From Candidatus Aldehydirespirator sp. (GTDB lineage Bacteria > Actinomycetota > Acidimicrobiia > Acidimicrobiales > Aldehydirespiratoraceae): a stretch of 64,000 nt of DNA. Shown here one piece after another: positions 9,308-18,013 of the stretch (position 1 is the first letter of the stretch; every line of letters begins with the position of its first letter). Both the position numbers and the translations under genes were made by a program. The stretch covers positions 757-64,756 of the forward strand of contig CBDCSK010000006.1 in assembly GCA_965221605.1 (NCBI GenBank). Reading direction: 5' to 3'. Under the pieces are notes generated by a model. That model did not search any database. It was not told the origin of the DNA and saw only the letters and a list, made by a program, of their open reading frames with translations.

Positions 9308-9392
9308 GACAACCTCTCGGTGCAGTAGATTATGCTGACTCGCATATTTTCCCCACGATCCCGAGAAACTGTCAAGTGGCCGGAGTGACTCG

Positions 9393-10145
9393 ATGGACCT
9401 GAGCGGGGTGAGCGGTAAGGCAGCCGTCATCACCGGTGGCGCAGGGGTGATCGGCCGGGCCCTGGCCCGGCACCTCGTCGAGGCCGGAGCCCGCGTTACC
9501 GTGGCCGACATCGCGACCAGCAGCGGCCAGTCCCTGGCATCGGAACTCGGCTGCCACTTCATCGAGACCGACGTGCGCGACCCCGCCGACAACGAGCAGA
9601 TGATCGCGGCCGCGGTCGACCGCCACGGACGGTTGGACCTCGTCTTCCTGAACGCCGGCGTGTCGATGCAGAGCCTCGATGCGAGCCTGCCCTACGACCC
9701 GGCCAGCGTCGACCTGGCCGCATACCGGCGGATCCTGTCGGTCAACATCGACGGCGGCGTGTTCGGCGTGTCGGCCGCGATCGGCGCGCTGGGACGCAGC
9801 GGCGGCGGCACCGTCGTCGTCACGGCATCGGTCGCCGGGCTCATCGCCTGGCCCCCCGACCCGGTGTACACCATCTCCAAGCACGGTCTCGTCGGCTACG
9901 TCCGCTCGATCGCGCCGGCGCTCCACGAGAAGGGCATCACCATCAACGCGGTCTGCCCGGGCGCCACCGGCCACTTCGAACCCGGCCAGATCCCCGACGG
10001 GCTGGCGGTGCTGGCGCCCGAGACGCTGGCTGCGGCCATGGTCGACATCGCCACCGACGGAGGGACCGGACGGGCGGCAAGTGTTGTTGCCGGGCGCCAA
10101 CCCGTGGTGCAATTCCATGAGTTCGGCGAAGTCGAGGGCTTCTAG
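9393..10145 (+). CDS. SDR family oxidoreductase
   Basis: TGGAGVIGRA (TGxxxGxG cofactor motif) and YTISKHG (YxxxK catalytic motif). Confidence 0.85.
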   Translation: MDLSGVSGKAAVITGGAGVIGRALARHLVEAGARVTVADIATSSGQSLASELGCHFIETDVRDPADNEQMIAAAVDRHGRLDLVFLNAGVSMQSLDASLPYDPASVDLAAYRRILSVNIDGGVFGVSAAIGALGRSGGGTVVVTASVAGLIAWPPDPVYTISKHGLVGYVRSIAPALHEKGITINAVCPGATGHFEPGQIPDGLAVLAPETLAAAMVDIATDGGTGRAASVVAGRQPVVQFHEFGEVEGF

Positions 10146-10170
10146 CAGGAGAATCAGGGGGGAGATGCGA

Positions 10171-10401
10171 ATGTCGGGACTGAGGCACCCGCTGAGCGGC
10201 GCGGTCTACGACCTCACCGAGGACGGCAACGTAGAGGTCTCCACCGGGGACAGCACGGGAGTGTTCGACAACAACGGCGTGTGGATCAGCGGTGATCTCC
10301 GCTCCTGCGACCCGCAGATGTGCAACTGGGTCGCCTCGGGCGTCCACAAGCTGGCCCCCCGGCGACCGACCTCGTACCTGAAGGAGGAGGCGGAGTCGTG
10401 A
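10171..10401 (+). CDS. small hypothetical protein (76 aa) translationally coupled to the Rieske oxygenase
   Basis: An AGGGGGGAG SD-like run precedes ATG 10171. The stop overlaps the downstream GTG (GTGA at 10398-10401). Sequence MSGLRHPLSGAVYDLTEDGNVEVSTGDSTGVFDNNGVWISGDLRSCDPQMCNW. No homology recognised. Confidence 0.45.
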   Translation: MSGLRHPLSGAVYDLTEDGNVEVSTGDSTGVFDNNGVWISGDLRSCDPQMCNWVASGVHKLAPRRPTSYLKEEAES

Positions 10402-11762
10402 CACCTCCCGAGCCGGCGCCCCCGGGTGCACCGACGCCCGCCTACCAGCAGATCCTCGACACCGACACCCATCCGGTCCCCGACGTGCTGCGCCGGACCA
10501 GCGAAGTCCGGTTCAGCGACGCCGACGTGCCCGTCTCCCGCTACACCAGCCGCTCGTTCCACGAACTCGAGAAGGAGAAGGTGTGGAGCAGGGTGTGGCA
10601 GATGGCCTGCCGCGGCGAGGACATCGGTGAGGTGGGCGACACCCTCCGCTACGACATCGCCGACAAGTCGTACCTCATCGTGCGGACCGCTCCCGACGCC
10701 ATCAAGGGCTACTACAACGCCTGCCTGCACCGAGGCCGGATGCTGCGGGAGTTCGACGGGCGGGTGAATGAGATCCGCTGCCCGTTCCACGGGTTCTGCT
10801 GGGAACTCGACGGCCGCCTGAAGCAGGTCCCGTCGGACTGGGACTTCCCCCACGTCCACGCCCGGGCCGAGGAGTTCCAACTCCCAGAGGTCAACGTCGA
10901 CACCTGGGGCGGGTTCGTGTTCATCAACCCCGACGAGAACTGCGAGCCGCTGGCCACGTTCCTGGGCGACCTCCCGGACCATTTCGCCGGCTGGGACCTG
11001 GAGAACCGGTTCAAGAGCGCCCACGCCGCGAAGGTCATCCGCTGCAACTGGAAGGTGGCGTCGGAGGCCTTCTCGGAGGCGCTCCACGTGGTGGCCACCC
11101 ACCCCCAGATCCTGCCGAGCATCGGCGACGCCATCACCCAGTACGACGTGTGGGGCAACTTCAGCCGGGCCATATCCCCCAACAACGTGCCCAGCCCGCA
11201 CCTGCGCTGGACCCCGACCGAGCAGCAGATGTTCGACGTGCGCACCGACCGGCGCCTGGGCGACGACCCGGTGCAGGTCATACCCGACGGCATGACCGCC
11301 CGGGAGTTCACCGCCCAGGTGGGACGGCAGATGTGGCGGCCGGTGGTCGGCGACCGCGTCGACCGGATGTGCGACGCCGAGTTCAACGACTCGATCTACT
11401 ACACGGTGTTCCCCAACTTCCATCCCTGGGGGGCGTTCAACGCCATCACCTACCGCTTCCGGCCCAACGGCGACGACCACGAGAGCTGCATCATGGAGTG
11501 CATGTTCCTGCTGCCCTTCAACGAGGGCGAGCGGCCCCCGGCGGCCAAGATCAACTGGCTCGGTCCCGACGACGCGTGGTCGGCGCACGCGCCCGAACTC
11601 GGGAGCCTGGCCCGGGTGTTCGACCAGGACACGTTCAACCTGCCGAGGATGCAGGAGGGCCTCCGGACCATGAAGAAGGCGGGCGTCACGCTGGCGAACT
11701 ACCAGGAACTGAAGGTGCGCCACATCCATGTGCTGCTCGACGAGTGGATCGACCGCGACTGA
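10398..11762 (+). CDS. Rieske 2Fe-2S aromatic ring-hydroxylating oxygenase alpha subunit
   Basis: CLHRGRML...CPFHGFCW is a Rieske CxH...CxxH motif. The C-terminal catalytic-domain length fits. Start GTG 10398 lies inside track ORF 10320..11762. Confidence 0.85.
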   Translation: MTPPEPAPPGAPTPAYQQILDTDTHPVPDVLRRTSEVRFSDADVPVSRYTSRSFHELEKEKVWSRVWQMACRGEDIGEVGDTLRYDIADKSYLIVRTAPDAIKGYYNACLHRGRMLREFDGRVNEIRCPFHGFCWELDGRLKQVPSDWDFPHVHARAEEFQLPEVNVDTWGGFVFINPDENCEPLATFLGDLPDHFAGWDLENRFKSAHAAKVIRCNWKVASEAFSEALHVVATHPQILPSIGDAITQYDVWGNFSRAISPNNVPSPHLRWTPTEQQMFDVRTDRRLGDDPVQVIPDGMTAREFTAQVGRQMWRPVVGDRVDRMCDAEFNDSIYYTVFPNFHPWGAFNAITYRFRPNGDDHESCIMECMFLLPFNEGERPPAAKINWLGPDDAWSAHAPELGSLARVFDQDTFNLPRMQEGLRTMKKAGVTLANYQELKVRHIHVLLDEWIDRD

Positions 11763-11779
11763 CGGCTGGAGCCCGGAGC

Positions 11780-12220
11780 ATGGATCTTGAACAGGTCGCG
11801 GACGAGCTGGCGATCAGGCGCCTCGTCGACACGTTCTGCGACGGCGTCAACAGCCGGGACAGCACCTTGTGGGGCTCGGTCTGGGACGACGAGGGTGCCG
11901 CGTTCTGCCTGGGCGGCATCGAGCGGGCCGGAAAGGACGCCATCGTCGCCGGGTTCGTGGACGGCATCGCCGCCTACGAGCTGCTGGTGCAGGTGGCCCC
12001 CAACGGCCGCATCGAGATCGACGGGGACACCGCCACCGGCCGGTGGTACATCCTCGAGATCGGCCGGCTTCACAGCGGGTCCTCGTCGCAGCAGGTGGCG
12101 CTGTGCCACGACCAGTACCGGCGCACCGCTGACGGGTGGCGGCTCCGGCGCCGTGAGGTCGAGCGCATCTACAAGGGCGACGCCGCTCTGGAAGGCTGGA
12201 CACGGCCGACTCCGGACTGA
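11780..12220 (+). CDS. SnoaL-like/NTF2 family protein
   Basis: MDLEQVADELAIRRLVDTFCDGVNSRD...GRWYILEIGR...DGWRLRRREVERIY is the typical SnoaL_4 layout. Start ATG 11780 lies inside track ORF 11150..12220. Confidence 0.65.
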   Translation: MDLEQVADELAIRRLVDTFCDGVNSRDSTLWGSVWDDEGAAFCLGGIERAGKDAIVAGFVDGIAAYELLVQVAPNGRIEIDGDTATGRWYILEIGRLHSGSSSQQVALCHDQYRRTADGWRLRRREVERIYKGDAALEGWTRPTPD

Positions 12221-12273
12221 GCGCGCTGGTACGGTGCCGCCTGATTGTCCGTGCTGAGCAAGGGAGCCTGCCC

Positions 12274-13062
12274 ATGATCGAGCCCGTGGGGCGGCAGTAC
12301 CGGGCATATGCGGGGTTCGTGACCACGCCCCAGTTCTTCGACGACTCGCCCAGCCAGTTCGTGAAGGTGGCCCCGCCCGGCACCGGCATCATCCAGCGGG
12401 TCAACCACATCGACGGCTACGAGTTCACCCTCGACGAGAGGGCCCGCAACTTCGGGGTGCTGGAGGAGTCGGCCGTCTGCCTGGGCCGCTCGCACTGCCA
12501 GGTCATCGGCCAGGTGGGCACCAACTGGGTGCACTGCACCGGAACCGGCCCCGGCGATATCGAGCGCATCTGCGCCGGCATCTCGGCCAAGGCGGGCGCG
12601 CCGTTCGTGATGGCCGGCCAGGCCATCGTGGACGGCCTGCGCGAGCTCGGGGCCGAGACCGTCACCATCGCCAACGGGTACTTCCGTCCCGACTGGTCCG
12701 CAGGCATCAACGCCTACCTGGAGGCGGCCGGGTTCCGGGTGCTGTGGGCCGGCAACATCGTCGACCAAGGCTTCGTCGCCGACCACGACGAGATGCTGCG
12801 CCTGGAGGACGAGACGCTGTGGGATTACCCCGACCACATGATGTTCGCGGCCGCGGTCGACGCCCACGCCCGGGCCCCGCAGGCCGACGCCATCGTGCAG
12901 ACCGGAGCCGGCATGCGGATGGTGCGGGTGCTGGACATGGTCGAGGGCCGCACCGGCAAGCCCCTGGTGGCCTCCGACGGGGCCCTCTACTGGGCCATGC
13001 TCAAGCATCTCGGGATGGCGGCCGCACCCGGCTACGGGCATCTCCTGTCGACGCTGGGATGA
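12274..13062 (+). CDS. Asp/Glu racemase superfamily protein (maleate isomerase / arylmalonate decarboxylase-like)
   Basis: 262-aa ORF. It has the two-lobed layout with conserved Cys-containing segments (AVCLGRSHCQVIGQ, IVQTGAGMRMVRVL) and the C-terminal PLVASDGALYWAMLKHLG typical of this family. Confidence 0.6.
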   Translation: MIEPVGRQYRAYAGFVTTPQFFDDSPSQFVKVAPPGTGIIQRVNHIDGYEFTLDERARNFGVLEESAVCLGRSHCQVIGQVGTNWVHCTGTGPGDIERICAGISAKAGAPFVMAGQAIVDGLRELGAETVTIANGYFRPDWSAGINAYLEAAGFRVLWAGNIVDQGFVADHDEMLRLEDETLWDYPDHMMFAAAVDAHARAPQADAIVQTGAGMRMVRVLDMVEGRTGKPLVASDGALYWAMLKHLGMAAAPGYGHLLSTLG

Positions 13063-14261
13063 CTCCGAAGCGGACCATCGCAGAGGTCGTCGCCCACGAC
13101 CTCTGCATCGGCTGCGGCCTGTGTGAGGCCCTCACCGGGGGCCGGGTCATGATGGTCATGACGCCACGCGGCTCGATGCGACCCTCGTCAACCGACCAGT
13201 TCACGCCCCGGGAGGAAGCAGCCCTGGTGTCGGCGTGCCCTGGCGCGGTGGCCGAGGCCCGGGTCGATCCCGGCTGCCACTCCGACCCGGTGTGGGGCGC
13301 CTACCGGTACATGGCGAGAGCCTGGGCCGGCCATCCCGACGTGCGCTACGAGGGAGCCACCGGCGGGGTGCTGACCGCTCTTGGCATGCACGCGCTGCGC
13401 TCCGACCGGATCGAGTTCGTGTTGCACGTCGGCGCCGACCCTGAGCGGCCGATGCGCAGCCGCTGGGTGATCTCGGAGACGCCGGAATCGGTACAGGCCA
13501 ACACCGCGTCGCGCTACGGGCCGACGGCACCGCTGGCGGGCATGGCCGCGGCGCTGGAGCGTGGGCAGGCGTTCGGGATCATCGCCAAGCCCTGCGACCT
13601 CGGAGCGGTGCACGCCCTGGCGCGGACCGACCCCCGGGTCGACGAGCTGTGCCCGCTCCGCCTGGCCCTGGTGTGCGGCGGCCAATCTCGACTGACGAAG
13701 TCGCAGGCCGTGCTGGACGAGTTCGGCCTCCAAGAGGACGAGTTGGCGCTGTTCCGGTACCGGGGCCACGGCAACCCGGGACCCACCGCAGTGGAGACCC
13801 TCGACGGGCGCCAGTTCACCAAGCCCTACCTCGACATGTGGGAGAACGAGGCCGGCTGGGACGTCGAGACCCGCTGCAAATTCTGCCCCGACGCCCTAGG
13901 CGAAGCCGCCGACGTGGCCTCGGCCGACATCTGGCCCGGCGGCGCCCCCACCGGCGAGGACGAGGGGTTCAACGGGATCATCGTGCGCACCGCAGCCGGC
14001 GAGGATCTGGTCGCCTCGGCGGTGGCCGCGGGCGAGCTGGTGCTCGGCGGGCCGATCACGCCGCGGGAGTTCGACGGCCTCCAGCCCCACCAGGTGCGCA
14101 AGAAGGAGGCACTGGCGGCCCGCTACCAGGGCCTGGCCGACTGCGGGATCGCCCCCATCGAGACCCGGGGCCTGCGCATCACCGAGCTCGGCCGGCGACT
14201 GGACCCCGAGCGGTCCGAGCACGAGCGAGCCGGCACCCGGCGACGGGCCGAGCGCCTCTAG
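13059..14261 (+). CDS. coenzyme F420 hydrogenase/dehydrogenase beta subunit (FrhB)-like Fe-S flavoprotein
   Basis: N-terminal CIGCGLCEAL cysteine cluster, IIAKPCDLGAVHAL, and C-terminal CKFCPD. The ATG overlaps the upstream stop (ATGA at 13059-13062). Confidence 0.65.
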   Translation: MTPKRTIAEVVAHDLCIGCGLCEALTGGRVMMVMTPRGSMRPSSTDQFTPREEAALVSACPGAVAEARVDPGCHSDPVWGAYRYMARAWAGHPDVRYEGATGGVLTALGMHALRSDRIEFVLHVGADPERPMRSRWVISETPESVQANTASRYGPTAPLAGMAAALERGQAFGIIAKPCDLGAVHALARTDPRVDELCPLRLALVCGGQSRLTKSQAVLDEFGLQEDELALFRYRGHGNPGPTAVETLDGRQFTKPYLDMWENEAGWDVETRCKFCPDALGEAADVASADIWPGGAPTGEDEGFNGIIVRTAAGEDLVASAVAAGELVLGGPITPREFDGLQPHQVRKKEALAARYQGLADCGIAPIETRGLRITELGRRLDPERSEHERAGTRRRAERL

Positions 14262-14301
14262 CGTCCCGGTGACCGTCCCCGAGGCCTAGCGGGCCGCGCG
14301 G

Positions 14302-14321
14302 ATAGGCGAGAGCCTGTCGCG
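14302..14321. repeat. short intergenic repeat ATAGGYGAGAGSCTGTCGCG, copy 1
   Basis: ATAGGCGAGAGCCTGTCGCG, about 40 nt after the FrhB-like stop in a convergent gap. The flanks also match copy 2 (GCGC..ATAGG, ..TGCC). Confidence 0.65.
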
Positions 14322-14329
14322 CCTGCCCC

Positions 14330-15469
14330 TCAAGCCCGCCTGAGAGGCCGAGCAGATAGGCGGCCGGATCGGAAGCGGGCCGGGTCCAGCGCCTTCACGT
14401 CATCGGGTCCCAGCGGCAGCTCCTGACCCAGGATCAGCGCCGCGCACAGCCGCCCCAGCGCCGGCGACGTCTTGATGCCGTACCCGCCCTGGCCGGCGAG
14501 CCAGAAGAAGCCCGGATGATCGGGGTCGAAGCCGGCCGCGGGAACGCTGTCGGCTGTGAACGTGCGCAGACCGGCCCACGTGCGCCGCACTCCCCGGACC
14601 CTGAGGGTGGTGGCCGCCTCGAGCTCCTCGACCCCGAGCGCGATGTCCTCCGTCTCGGGCCGGGCGTCGCACGGTTCGCTGGGGGTCTCGTCGACGGGCG
14701 ACACCAGCAGCATCGGCCCCTCGGGCTCGAAGTAGAACCGGTTGCCGATGTCCCACACCATCGGCCAGCCAGAAGCATCGATCCCCTCCGGAGGCGGGAA
14801 CACGAACACCGAGCGGCGCAGCGGCCTCAGTCCCAGCGGCGCGACTCCGGCCAGGGTGGCCACCGGGTCGCACCACGCGCCCGCCGCGTTGACGACGACG
14901 TCGCAGTCCCAGTGCCGCTCGCCGGCCTGCACCCGCCAGCCGCCGTCCCGTTCAGCGACCGCGGTTGTCCCGGCGTCCACATACAGCTCAGCGCCCCGGC
15001 GCCGCGCCCCCCGCAGGAACCCCTGCAAGAGCCCGTCCACATCGATGTTCATGGCGCCGGGCTCGAAGACCCCGGCGACCGCAGCCTCAGGACGGAGCAC
15101 GCCGACCAGCTCGCAGCATCGGGACGAGTCGAGGCGATGAACCTCCACCCCATGAGCCTCGGCGGCGGCCGCCTTGTCCTCCAGCAGGTCCCGCTCGGCA
15201 GCTCGGGCGATCCACAGCAGGCCCCTGGGCGACAGCAGCGCATGGTCGGTGAATCCCTCGGGCGGCTCGACCAGGAACGGGCGGCTGGCGGCGGCCAGCG
15301 CGCTCACCACCGGGGCACCCGAGGTCTCGGTGTGCAGGGCGGCGGACCGGCCGGTGGCGTGGGCACCGGGATGTGCCTCCCGCTCGACCATGACGACCGA
15401 GGCGTGCTCGGCCAGATGCCAGGCCGCAGCCGCACCCGCGATCCCCGCGCCGATCACAACCACGCGCAT
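14330..15469 (-). CDS. FAD-dependent oxidoreductase (DAO / glycine-sarcosine oxidase-like)
   Basis: MRVVVIGAGIAGAAAAWHLAEH is a GxGxxG dinucleotide fold at the chosen ATG 15469. The remaining sequence is DAO-like. The extra 51 N-terminal codons of the track ORF look non-coding. Confidence 0.8.
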   Translation of the reverse strand: MRVVVIGAGIAGAAAAWHLAEHASVVMVEREAHPGAHATGRSAALHTETSGAPVVSALAAASRPFLVEPPEGFTDHALLSPRGLLWIARAAERDLLEDKAAAAEAHGVEVHRLDSSRCCELVGVLRPEAAVAGVFEPGAMNIDVDGLLQGFLRGARRRGAELYVDAGTTAVAERDGGWRVQAGERHWDCDVVVNAAGAWCDPVATLAGVAPLGLRPLRRSVFVFPPPEGIDASGWPMVWDIGNRFYFEPEGPMLLVSPVDETPSEPCDARPETEDIALGVEELEAATTLRVRGVRRTWAGLRTFTADSVPAAGFDPDHPGFFWLAGQGGYGIKTSPALGRLCAALILGQELPLGPDDVKALDPARFRSGRLSARPLRRA

Positions 15470-15512
15470 CGGATCAGCCTGCCACGCCCGATGCAAGAGT
15501 GTCCCGGCAAAC

Positions 15513-15520
15513 GGTATACA
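15513..15520 (+). promoter_or_regulatory. GGTATACA box (candidate -10 element or operator)
   Basis: AAACGGTATACAATCC, 67 nt upstream of the amidohydrolase GTG 15588, in the divergent intergenic region. Confidence 0.4.
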
Positions 15521-15587
15521 ATCCGTCGATGCGGGTCGGCCGGGAGCTGGGGCTGCCGGAGCGCAAAGCGAAACCAGGAGGAGCCTC

Positions 15588-16784
15588 GTGCGCGACGGGC
15601 TGACCATCATCGACACCGACACCCATGTGTGGCCGTCGGTGGAGGTGCTCAGGCGCTACGCCGACCAGAAGCTGCTCGACCGCTGGGACGGCGAGTTGGC
15701 CCACTACGAGCGCCGGGTGGAGCTGCCGCTCACCTACGGCGACCCCGAGGAGCCCTGGACCAACCTCAGCATCGAGCCTCGGGGCTACCTGCGCGAGATC
15801 GGCGAGAAGTCGCACCTGGAGGAGAAGCTGGGAGCGGGCGGCCGGGCCGCGCTGGAGGGCAAGATCCGGGGACTGGTGGTCACCGAGGACTCCCCCAGCT
15901 ACGGCGTCGGCCACGACAACGCCGAGGGCCGCATCGCCGACATGGACCGCGAGGGCACCGACGTGCACCTGCTGATCCCCGGCACCTGGCCCCAGTCGGT
16001 GACGGTCTGCCCCACCGACGTGGCCACCGGGCTGTACGAGTCCTACACCCGCTACATGGCCGATTTCTGCTCCATGGACACCGGCCGGCTCAAGAGCCTG
16101 CTCCTGCTCACCGGCGAGGACGTGGATTGGTCGGTGCGCCACATAGAGGAGTGCGCCGATCAGCCTGCAGTGGCCGGGGCCATGCTGGCGCTGGCCGAGG
16201 GCTTCCCGATCGACGACCCCGACCTGGAGCCCGTCTGGGCCGCGATGGCGGCCGCGGACCTGCCGCTGCTGCACCACTCGTTCTTCTACGAGCCGCCCTA
16301 CTTCCCCGGCTACCGCGACGTTTGGGACAACATCGTGGTGGCCCGGACCGCAGCCCACCCCTGGGGCGCTCAGCTGCGCCTGGCCTACCTGCTGCTGTCG
16401 GGGGTGTTCGACCGGCACCCGAACTTCCGGGTCGGGTTCTCCGAGACCGGCTGCGGCTGGCTGCCGGAATGGCTGCTGCGCCTCGACGGCCAGTCCAGGC
16501 ACCTCAAGAGCAAGGGGCCGGCGCTGTCGATGCTGCCGTCGGAGTACGCCCGGGCCGGCCACGTGTACTGCGGGATCGAGCTCTACGAGGGCCGCAAGAT
16601 CTACGACTACGTCGACAGCGTGCTCGGCGACGGCGTGCTCATGTACCAGTCCGACTTCCCCCACGCCCAGTGCCGTTTCCCCGACTCGCCCGGCGCCGCG
16701 CTCGAGTGGGGCATTGAAGACGGCGCCAAACGCGAGAAACTGTTCTCGGGCAACGCCACCCGGTTCCTGCGCATGGCGGCCTGA
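15588..16784 (+). CDS. amidohydrolase family 2 (ACMSD/decarboxylase-like) metal-dependent hydrolase
   Basis: The N-terminal IIDTDTHVWP metal motif comes immediately after GTG 15588, which has an AGGAGGA SD 5 nt upstream. ...MYQSDFPH lies near the C-terminus. Confidence 0.8.
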   Translation: MRDGLTIIDTDTHVWPSVEVLRRYADQKLLDRWDGELAHYERRVELPLTYGDPEEPWTNLSIEPRGYLREIGEKSHLEEKLGAGGRAALEGKIRGLVVTEDSPSYGVGHDNAEGRIADMDREGTDVHLLIPGTWPQSVTVCPTDVATGLYESYTRYMADFCSMDTGRLKSLLLLTGEDVDWSVRHIEECADQPAVAGAMLALAEGFPIDDPDLEPVWAAMAAADLPLLHHSFFYEPPYFPGYRDVWDNIVVARTAAHPWGAQLRLAYLLLSGVFDRHPNFRVGFSETGCGWLPEWLLRLDGQSRHLKSKGPALSMLPSEYARAGHVYCGIELYEGRKIYDYVDSVLGDGVLMYQSDFPHAQCRFPDSPGAALEWGIEDGAKREKLFSGNATRFLRMAA

Positions 16785-16863
16785 CCGTCGCAGCAGCCCC
16801 CGGCGCGGCCGACGCTCCCACGTACACCCGAGACCCCAACAGACAACGAACAGAGGACCGACG

Positions 16864-17490
16864 ATGGCCGAACGAGAGCAGACGCGGCTGCGCGAGCGTG
16901 ACCGCAGCACCGAGGACCGCCACCCCTACGAGGTTTTCTTCTCGACGTTCGAGGAGAGGCGCAACCTGGCCAACGACGGCCAGGTGGTGATCAAGGGCAA
17001 GGACCTGCCCTGGCAGCAGTCCCGGCAGGGCCGCAGCAAGTACTACCTGCACATGCAGGCCGAGAACCGGGCCGTGCAGGACTGGATGGTGTTCCGCAAG
17101 GACATCCAGACCGAGTCCGGGGCCCACACCCACCAGGGCGGGCTCGTGATCTACGTCACCCGGGGCGCCGGGTACAGCGTGTTCGACGGGGTCGAGCTCC
17201 ACTGGAAGCCCGGCGACCTGCTGATCCTGCCGGTGAAGCCCGGCGGCGTCGAGCACCAGCACTTCAACTACGACGACTCCCAGAGCTCGCAGTGGATCGC
17301 GTTCATCTACATCCCGTTCCTGTTCCAGACCGGGTCGATGCTCGCCCAGGTGAAGGAACAGTCGAACTGGCGGGAGATGGCCACCAAGGACACCAGCCAG
17401 GACACCGACGGCAGCCCGGACGACGGAGCCCAGGAGGACCCGATCGTGGCCGTCACCCGGATCATCGGCGAGAGGGCCGGCGATGCCTGA
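16864..17490 (+). CDS. cupin domain protein
   Basis: ESGAHTHQGGLVIYVTRGAGYSVFDG...GDLLILP...VEHQHFN has the cupin G(x)5HxH...and ...H motifs. Start ATG 16864 lies inside track ORF 16714..17490. Confidence 0.7.
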   Translation: MAEREQTRLRERDRSTEDRHPYEVFFSTFEERRNLANDGQVVIKGKDLPWQQSRQGRSKYYLHMQAENRAVQDWMVFRKDIQTESGAHTHQGGLVIYVTRGAGYSVFDGVELHWKPGDLLILPVKPGGVEHQHFNYDDSQSSQWIAFIYIPFLFQTGSMLAQVKEQSNWREMATKDTSQDTDGSPDDGAQEDPIVAVTRIIGERAGDA

Positions 17491-18013
17491 GCCGATGACC
17501 GCCGACCAGCCGGCCGGGGCGATGCCTGAGCCGACCCTGTACGACCGCACCTTCGAGGAGTCGAGGGCCGAGCGCGACCGCCGGGCCGTGGCCAAGAACC
17601 TGATCGGCCGCGAGGACTGCGAACCCGAGCTCAACCGCATGGGAACCATGCGCTGGTACCTGCATCCCCACCTGGAGACGCCCAGTACCAGGGCCCTGTA
17701 CTTCCACGAGCTGGAGATCGGTCAGGGCTCCAACAGCGGCAAGCTGTACTGCCAGGGCGGGATCCTCCACTTCGTGCTGGTCGGCAGCGGCCACACCGTG
17801 CTCGACGGCCGGGCCCATGAATGGGAGGAGGGCGACGTCATCGCCATCCCCATCAAGGAGTCGGGCGTCACCTACCAGCACTTCAACACCGGCGTGGGCC
17901 CGACCCGGATGCTGGTGTGCTGGGCCAACCTCGACTCAGCCATCAGCCCCGAGGGCGGCGTGGCCATGGAGGTGCTTGAGCCGTGCCCGGAGTGGCAGGC
18001 GGCCAACAGCTGA
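17483..18013 (+). CDS. cupin domain protein (second, divergent copy)
   Basis: GKLYCQGGILHFVLVGSGHTVLDGRAHEWEEGDVIAIP...TYQHFN. It overlaps the preceding cupin gene by 8 nt. Confidence 0.65.
   Translation: MPEPMTADQPAGAMPEPTLYDRTFEESRAERDRRAVAKNLIGREDCEPELNRMGTMRWYLHPHLETPSTRALYFHELEIGQGSNSGKLYCQGGILHFVLVGSGHTVLDGRAHEWEEGDVIAIPIKESGVTYQHFNTGVGPTRMLVCWANLDSAISPEGGVAMEVLEPCPEWQAANS

Noticed and set aside
10206-11729. 507-aa minus-strand ORF
   Set aside because: It is antisense to the Rieske oxygenase gene (CxH...CxxH present on the plus strand). It has low-complexity R/G/V/H-rich composition.
14516-16717. 733-aa plus-strand ORF, plus the 478-aa minus-strand ORF 15474..16910
   Set aside because: They span the FAD oxidoreductase gene in antisense and the amidohydrolase gene out of frame or in antisense. 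They are R/G/P-rich. The two real genes have a GxGxxG motif, an HxH-type motif and an SD-supported start.
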